Origin: Vitrella brassicaformis CCMP3155
Lineage: Eukaryota; Protista; Chromerida
Direction of reading: 5' to 3'
Assembly: GCA_001179505.1 (NCBI GenBank)
Contig: CDMY01000837.1
Coordinates: forward strand, 1-16,191
Length of the DNA stretch: 16,191 nucleotides
In this document: positions 10,234 to 16,191 of the stretch, piece by piece
How positions within the stretch are numbered: position 1 is the stretch's first letter
How the letters are laid out: each line of letters starts with the position of its first letter
Translations under genes and position numbers: made by a program
Notes under the pieces: generated by a model
Seen by the model: the letters and a program-made list of their open reading frames with translations, nothing else
Databases searched by the model: none
Told to the model about the DNA's origin: nothing

Positions 10234-11142
10234 CACCCCGTGCAACGCCTCCTCCCTTGGATTTGAATTTTTTTAGATTACTCCCTTTCTATTTTTATTC
10301 GATTTTTTGAGGGGTTTGGAACGTCTTAAAAAAGGAGATGGGGGATTGTGGGGGGGCGAAGCCCCTAGGCTTTTCGCCCGCGGAAATGACTATTTTTGGT
10401 GCCGAAAAAACCGCTCGCACATCACCGAGACACCGGAGAAATCGAGGAAAATAGTTGATTGATTGGTTGACTAATTGATTGCTTCATATACGTATCATCC
10501 CCGACTGTCTGTCTCTGTGAATGAATGTGGTGCCTCTACCGACACTGTCTGGCTGTTTGTCTGTATGAATTGTCTATGCATGTCTCTATGTGTTGTGTGT
10601 AATCCTATGTCTATCTTATGTGTGCGTGCGTGTATGTGTGTAAGTGTGAAAGCAAATAGACTGTGTGGTCAATACAAACGAGTGCTATCCAGTTCGATGT
10701 GTGAAAGACATTGGTTTGCGAGAAAAGCATGGCAAGGAAGCTGTAATTCAACGGGTTGCCTAGTTGCAACCCACATTTGTATATTTTCTCCTCTTTTTTT
10801 TGGCTTTTACAATGTTTCCGGCTTTTACAATGTGTTCCTTGATTGTTGTTGTTGTTGTTTTTTTTAGATTTTCTCATAAATAATCAATTTTTTTAAGACT
10901 TATAATTATCATTTATTTATTTATCTTCTTATTTCTTCAAGTTTTTTTTCTCTTTTCTTTTCTTTTCTTTTCTTTTCTCTGTTTGTCTTTTTTCTTTTTC
11001 ATCTTTTTCTTTTTCTTTTCATCTTTTTTTTGGCGTTGTTTTAACTATTTTTCGACAGTTTGCCGGTTTTTAAATATTTTTTTCAGCACGTTTGGGACGT
11101 TTTAAAAATTGTGCGATCAGGAGAGAAGCCTTGCACGGGGTG
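10234..11142. mobile_element. Non-autonomous TIR element A (909 bp), termini CAC...GTG, AT-rich interior
   Basis: Left end caccccgtgcaacgcctcctccct; reverse complement of the right end caccccgtgcaaggcttctctcct (12 bp perfect, imperfect to ~24 bp). The interior includes long T-rich tracts at ~10790-11050. No convincing ORF and no TSD found. Confidence 0.75.
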
Positions 11143-11147
11143 GCAGT

Positions 11148-11511
11148 CACTCCGTGCAAGCCTCCTCCCTTTGATTTGAATTTTTTCAAAATTGCTTCCT
11201 TGTTTTTATTCTTATTTGAGGGGTTTGCGAAGTTTTAAAATAGAGATGGCTGGTTTGGAGGCGGCGAAGTGAAGGGGGTCTAAACGTGTTTTCAATGGCT
11301 AAAACAAGTCTCAAAATAGCCTTTCCGCCCCCCACCCGCTCCCCCCCAACCCCCGGTCATCGCCTAAAACTCTTAAAGTTTCTCCCCGATTTTTTATGTA
11401 TTTGAATTCTTTTAAATATTTTTCGCCGGTTTGCCGGTTTCTAAATATTTTTGGGCACATTTGGGACGTTTTAAAAATTGCTCGATCAGGGGAGGAGGCT
11501 TCAACGGGGTG
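11148..11511. mobile_element. Non-autonomous TIR element B (364 bp, MITE-sized), same family as element A
   Basis: Left end cactccgtgcaagcctcctccc; reverse complement of the right end caccccgttgaagcctcctccc (22 bp, 3 mismatches). The first ~120 bp resemble 10234-10350, and the last ~95 bp resemble 11050-11142 (tttgccggttt.taaatattttt...tttgggacgttttaaaaattg..cgatcagg). Confidence 0.75.
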
Positions 11512-11817
11512 CGCCACGAGAATCAAGGATACATCGACACCGACTATGACAGCCCTGATGTAGATAGTGATGCAGTGAGAGAGACGGGACAGCCCGGCAG
11601 CTCTGCAGATAAGGTTATGGAGGACAGTGACGGCAGGGAGTGTGCGGCGGAGCTAGAGGGTATGATGGAGGAGGAGCGGCGTGGCGGCTCTGGTGACGAC
11701 TGGGGCGTAAAACATCACTGCTTCAACTGGCCTTTCTTTCGTAAAGCAAGTACACAGGCCATTTAAATGCGGACACGTAACTGCACAATCTATCAGCATG
11801 GCTACACTCAACACTTG

Positions 11818-11948
11818 TCACTCTGCCCTTTCGTCGGGCTGGTAGTGCCTTACCTCCATTTCCCGCCGGTGCCTGATGGCCATCTGCCTGGCCCCCTCGT
11901 CGCCATACTTGTTGAGAGGGATTTGGTGTTTTGCTTGACACCTGCCAT
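11818..11948 (-). pseudogene. Frameshifted AP2-domain fragment (C-terminal half)
   Basis: Not in the ORF track. Frame 1 reads MAGVKQNTKS. After a frameshift near 11910-11922 it reads LNKYGDEGARQMAIRHRREMEVRHYQPDERAE*, which aligns with GGEQKSKSLKYGDEEAKQMAIDYRREMEALHYQ of the AP2 gene at 2729-3028. Confidence 0.75.
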
Positions 11949-12132
11949 GATGGAGATGGAGATGCATGTGAGGTTTGAAATGTGTCTAATAAACACATGT
12001 GGCTGTATTTCGCAGATAGAACGAGGTTTAGATGCTGTCACGGTTCCGTACACGTTTGCAAGTTGTCAGCGAATGTCTGGTGTTTAACTTCCTTCGTCCT
12101 CTGCCTAATGCTCTCACCGTCACTGTTACCGC

Positions 12133-12403
12133 CGTTCTGTCCCGCGGTGTCTGTGTCCGATGTGCTATGAGTAATAGCACAAAGCTCGAGGATGTTGGAT
12201 GAAGTGTTGCTGGTGAGTGAGAGTGGGTGTTTGATTGGGTGTGTGAAGGTTTCTGTTACTGAAGGCTCAAGCTATCTCTGTTCGCACACACGGGGGACTG
12301 CTCTTATCAACGACTGCCTGTCTGTCACACAGACGGGCACAAACAAACGAATGAACGAACGATCGGACGACGAACGACGAACGAACGCACGAACACACGA
12401 TGC
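12133..12403 (-). repeat. Left arm (271 bp, uninterrupted) of a large inverted repeat
   Basis: Its reverse complement matches 13460-13521 joined to 15419-15652. It holds the unsplit target gtCCGAtc (plus-strand gatcggac, 12361-12368). Confidence 0.95.
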
Positions 12404-13147
12404 GAGGCCCTCTGTGTGACCCTCACCCCCCCGAAAGCATCCGAAAGATAACAAGCAGAGAAGATAGCAGTGCCATCATAGCACTGCTTTTAAGAATGGA
12501 CTCTTGGGAGCGGAAATGGCCGTGAAGTAGTAGAAAAGAAGAGGATGGTCGACTTTCTCTGAGATTGAGACACAACTGATCGAAGAAATCCACCCTGGTC
12601 TGAACACGATCTTCAGCTTGTCCGTGTTTGTTTGACGGGGGAGAAATCGAAACAAAGAAAAGCTACAACAGCTGGACATCTGTAGGATTATGTTTTATGA
12701 CGGCATCAGGCCACCCATGATCCGTGTTCGCATCACGTTTGACTTGCTGCCGACTGTCCCTAATCCTGGCGTAGCGTAGGGAGCCCCCTGATGAGGGTGG
12801 GTGGCTAAAAGTTGTCCGTGCGTCAATGCGCTGGGACAAAGACGATTACATGAACTGCCCTGTGGGGACAGCCACGGGGTCTGTGCAGGCTCGCTGAGTC
12901 AGCGAACTTTGCACTCCATATCGCTGAGAGGTTGCACCCCAATGTTTTGTGTCAGCGTATCGCGGTGATGCTGCAGGGTGATCAGAAAGGGGTATCTGAA
13001 TCATTGATGAGAATCGTGACTGACTGATCCGATCCTCAGAGAGAAACGCTTTGCTAGGAAAGGGAGGGAAGCGTACATTTTTTCTTGTCCTCGCTGTGCC
13101 CTTCCTTTTGGTTTCACGGTGGGGCAGAACGTGTCGTAGACAGAACG

Positions 13148-13266
13148 GGAAGCTCCGCCCATCGGGGGAAGCTCCGCCCTCTCGCGATCCTCACACAGGG
13201 GCAGCTTTGGAAGCTCCGCCCTCTCGCGATCCTCATACAGGGGCAGCTTTTTTGGAAGCTCCGCCC
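13148..13266. repeat. 42-bp minisatellite (2 copies) with four copies of the 13-mer GGAAGCTCCGCCC
   Basis: Units at 13167-13208 and 13209-13250 differ by one base. The 13-mer starts at 13148, 13167, 13209 and 13254. Confidence 0.9.
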
Positions 13267-13459
13267 CAAACCCTAGACAAACCCTCGAGAAGACAGGGCG
13301 GAGGGAGAGAATCACCTTTGACCTCATCCCCAATTGCCGACATCCAGTGTGCAGCAGTTGTTTCATTCGTTTTTCATCGTTTCGGCCTCCCTGTGTTGAT
13401 TCCCATCATCAGCACAGGCAGATTCCAGACCAGTTGTTGTGACCAGCAGCTAGGTGTGT

Positions 13460-13521
13460 GCATCGTGTGTCACGAGTGACACGTCGTGTGTTTGTGCGTT
13501 CGTTCGTCGTTCGTCGTCCGA
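13460..13521 (+). repeat. First part of the right arm of the inverted repeat, ending in the left CCGA TSD (13518-13521)
   Basis: gcatcgtgtgt[+21 bp]ttgtgcgttcgttcgtcgttcgtcgtccga matches the reverse complement of 12363-12403. Confidence 0.85.
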
Positions 13522-13704
13522 AACACGTTCTTACGAGAAACAGACTCTTTCTCACGTGAAACAGACTCTCGAGATCGGAAGTGAATGCATGATTGATTGA
13601 TTGATGGCTCAAACATGTACAAACAATGCGTCACCGTGGCATGTGGTCCACCGCACAGACACACCCACAAACAATCATTCACGGCCATATCGACAATCCT
13701 CACG

Positions 13705-14686
13705 TCATAACAGCTCATCGTCAGGCGGCTCATCATCATCAGGTCGCTTCTCTGGGCTTCCAGACACCTGACGCCACGCCCACTCACGAATGAAGCTCTC
13801 GACTCGTTTGCATTGGGTCAGCTTAAATCCAGCAAGCCCGATGCAACCCAACGATATACGGTCAATTTGAGGCTCGATCGCCTCCTTTGCCGCGGCAGCA
13901 CGTCCACGAGTCCTCCGCCCGTCACCCTCGACGGCACTCGGGTCACTGAATGCACAACAGCACACACCCACAAGCAAGATGTGCAAAGGAACACTCCAGG
14001 AGTACCTCGACGGAACACTCACCTGGGAACTTTACGATAGGCAAACTCAAAAGTCCCATTTGCAGTCCATCCCGCATTCTTCCCCTCCCCCAGCATCCAC
14101 CAGACATCCACCTCCTCCTCTTGCATGTGCACCGCGACACACTGACCAATGAAAGCAGCGCCGCCCTCCAGCTGCTCTGGATCTGCGAGAAAAGCATCAA
14201 CCCAGACGTCATATCACCTTCTGTTCCCCCTCCCCACCCACCTCCCCAGATGAGCAGCAAATCACCCGTCTCGAGCCGCTCGACCTTCTTGACGTATCGC
14301 TCCAGAGCATTCTGGTTTGACTGATTGATGCCGCTTCGCTGACCCACACATGCCGGCGCATGGGCTCGCAGGCCGACCTTCTTCAGTGCATCGTCGAGCT
14401 GCTGGTAACTGGGGGTAGAGATGTACTGTGGCACCTGACAGACAGACAGACAGACAGACGGACAGTGGCCTGGAGCATATTTGCAGGGAACCACCGCCCA
14501 GCAGCTCACGTCGATGTGTGGATGCGTGCGACCAGTCTCCGAGAACGATGATTGCGGCAGAGAAAAGTTGATGCTCTCGCGCTCGTATGTCCCGAGCGCC
14601 AACCTTTTGCAGTAGTCGATCTCTGCATTGGAAAACATCTCGGGCCAGTTGTCCTTGATCTTCTCCATTTCACTTGCCACAGCCAT
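13705..14686 (-). CDS. Multi-exon hypothetical protein inside the TIR element (248 aa from ATG 14686; up to 321 aa if two upstream exons are real)
   Basis: Exons 14689-14510, 14434-14266, 14182-14023 and 13945-13705 join in frame across 75-83 bp GT-AG introns. Translation: MAVASEMEKIKDNWPEMF...THPHID|VPQYISTP...VERLET|DPEQLEGGAAFIGQCVAVHMQEEEVDVWWMLGEG...YRKVPS|DPSAVEG...DRISLGCIGLAGFKLTQCKRVESFIREWAW...DDELL*. Exons 15075-14923 and 14840-14778 also splice in frame. No family recognised. Confidence 0.6.
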
Positions 14687-14739
14687 TGCCTGAACACAAC
14701 CAGGACACACAATTTCGCCCGAACCAACACCAAGCAGTG

Positions 14740-14770
<31 letters not shown>

Positions 14771-14784
14771 CCGTGACCTTCCAG

Positions 14785-15197
14785 GTTGCTGTTCGTGGGC
14801 AGATGGCTCTCTCCTGGCAGCGGGCGGGCAGGCCGTCAACCTGAACCTCGACAGCAGCAATCCGCCGATGCTCCAGGAGAACTTGTGGGATGAGGAAGGA
14901 GAGATGGAAATGGGGGACTCACGGCAGCAGGAGCAGGGTGGGTTGGGCATGGGCATGGGCATGGGTATGATGGGTGGTGAGTCGGCCGTCCGTCCGCCCT
15001 TCTACAACATTCCAGGCCATCAGCAGCTCCCCGGAGGGTCCATGCACCTGCAGCCCCACCTTCAGGCTGCGCCATCGCGGTTCACACTGGACGAGGGCAG
15101 GAGCGGGGGCGAGGGCAGGGGCAGCGAAGGCCCCGGGGGCCGCGATAGTGGTGGAGTGGTGTGTCGGTCATTCTGTCAGTCAGCCACTTTAATTTGA
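14785..15197 (+). other. Coding-like fragment on the opposite strand inside the TIR element (possible captured host exons)
   Basis: Acceptor ccttccag at 14784, GC3-rich codons encoding DSSNPPMLQENLWDEEGEMEMGDSRQQEQGGLGMGMGMGMMG, a gtgagt donor, and a stop at 15195-15197. No real start codon upstream. Confidence 0.35.
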
Positions 15198-15418
15198 CTG
15201 CATTGTTTGTGCGTCTCTGGACTCTCCTTATCCATTTTTATGTTCATATTGACCAATCATTCCTTGATTCGCCACTGCAAAGTGATCTGGAGCCCATTGC
15301 GTGGGTCATTCACTCGATCACTCAGCCATCAATCAATCAATCAAACAATCAATTACTTTCTGGCCGTTCTCGAGTCTGTTTCACGTGAGAAAGAGTCTGT
15401 TTCTCGTGAGAACGTGTT

Positions 15419-15652
15419 CCGATCCTTCGTTCATTCGTTTGTTTGTGCCCGTCTGTGTGACAGACAGGCAGTCGTTGATAAGAGCAGTCCCCCGTGTGTG
15501 CGAACAGAGATAGCTTGAGCCTTCAGTAACAGAAACCTTCACACACCCAATCAAACACCCACTCTCACTCACCAGCAACACTTCATCCAACATCCTCGAG
15601 CTTTGTGCTATTACTCATAGCACATCGGACACAGACACCGCGGGACAGAACG
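15419..15652 (+). repeat. Second part (234 bp) of the right arm of the inverted repeat; serves as the leader of the gag-like ORF
   Basis: Identical to the reverse complement of 12133-12366 except at 15425. It contains an 8-bp-stem hairpin at 15604-15624 (tgtgctat-tactc-atagcaca) and ends 16 bp before ATG 15669. Confidence 0.95.
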
Positions 15653-15668
15653 AGCTTGAGAAGGCAGG

Positions 15669-16172
15669 ATGAAGCTCAGGAGTGGGACAAAGACGGCCGG
15701 CGCCCCTCATGCGAAGGGGATGGCCAACAAGGCCGTTGTGCAGGAGGAGGCCAAGCAACGCAACCGGGGAGAGAAAGCGCTGCTCCACAAAATGCGTGAC
15801 GACAGGCGGAGGGCCATGAAGAATGCTGGGAGCACGGCTGACGTGGCAGCCGTACGGCTCTCAGCAGCTCATCAGGAGGATGAGCCACCAGAGATTGATG
15901 TGAGTCAGCCACTCACACAATCACCGGCCAGGACGCCGAGTGCCATCACACGTGAAGACCTGAGGCAGCTGACCGATGTGCAAAGACCCAAGGTGAGTTT
16001 GCCGAAGTTTAATGGCGTGTCTGGCACATCCATAGAGACATTCATTCAAGCCATCAGGGTCGCAGAGGAACTGCATGGGCAGACAAAGGGCATCTTCTCG
16101 TTTTTCTCTCTCTTGGAATGCGTGTCGTACAGAGTTGACCGACGGAAAAGTGGGACCGGGCGGGTTCTTTGA
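15669..16172 (+). mobile_element. Retrotransposon gag-like ORF, apparently truncated (167 aa)
   Basis: It starts MKLRSG, has a low-complexity linker, then KVSLPKFNGVSGTSIETFIQAIRVAEELHG, which resembles the P.F.G...FI...E start of Ty3/gypsy-type capsid regions. The last ~23 codons come from the 91-bp duplicated segment. No PBS or TG...CA LTR identified. Confidence 0.5.
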
Positions 16173-16191
16173 CGCATACTGTGAGGACTGT
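16101..16191 (+). repeat. 91-bp segment, inverted copy of 6866-6956; may continue beyond the window
   Basis: One mismatch over 91 bp against the reverse complement of 6866-6956. Confidence 0.95.

Larger units (their letters stand above)
13522..15418. mobile_element. 1,897-bp TIR element with 47-bp TIRs and a 4-bp CCGA target-site duplication, carrying spliced coding sequence
   Basis: TIRs at 13522-13568 and 15372-15418 (aacacgttct[t/c]acgagaaacagactctttctcacgtgaaacagactc, 1 mismatch), plus a further subterminal gattgattgattgatggct pair. CCGA at 13518-13521 and 15419-15422. The empty site is present in the paralogous arm at 12361-12368. Confidence 0.9.

Noticed and set aside
10475-10877. ORFs inside TIR element A as a transposase
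   Set aside because: They are low-complexity translations of GT/TTG microsatellites with no catalytic motifs.
13148-13266. CRISPR-like array of a 13-bp repeat with spacers
   Set aside because: The repeat is too short, spacer lengths are uneven (6, 29, 32 bp), and two spacers are near-identical. This is a minisatellite.
13943-14962. The 339-aa ORF as a single real protein
   Set aside because: It reads through microsatellite-containing introns (THTERERE, PSVCLSVCQ) and drifts out of the true frame after 14266. The spliced model explains it better.
12133-15652. Conventional LTR pair
   Set aside because: The copies are inverted rather than direct, do not flank the gag-like ORF, and lack TG...CA ends and a recognisable PBS.
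12133-15652. Foldback element defined by the 271-bp arms
   Set aside because: No target-site duplication at the outer boundaries (…accgc versus agctt…). Kept only as an alternative explanation.
1-16191. tRNA, rRNA or prokaryotic promoters/terminators
   Set aside because: No cloverleaf or rRNA-like conserved segments were seen. The T-rich tracts lack preceding GC hairpins, and the DNA is eukaryotic.

Overview
Intron-rich eukaryotic genomic DNA with short (~45-90 bp) GT-AG introns and many microsatellites. The ApiAP2-type domains suggest an alveolate, probably a chromerid such as Vitrella; this is inference. Most entries in the six-frame ORF track are exon fragments or antisense shadows. The left part (1-9.4 kb) holds two tandem multi-exon exostosin-like (GT47) glycosyltransferase paralogues with an antisense AP2-domain gene between them, followed by an intronless GT2-type glycosyltransferase. 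The right part (9.4-16.2 kb) is a nest of repeats and mobile DNA. It contains a frameshifted low-complexity gene and two related CAC...GTG TIR elements joined head-to-tail by a 5-bp spacer. It also contains an AP2 pseudogene fragment and a near-perfect ~270-bp inverted repeat. The right arm of that repeat is split by a 1,897-bp element with 47-bp TIRs and a 4-bp CCGA target duplication; the unsplit target is visible in the left arm, and the element carries a spliced gene of unknown function. The window ends with a gag-like ORF that runs into a 91-bp segment also found, inverted, at 6.9 kb.
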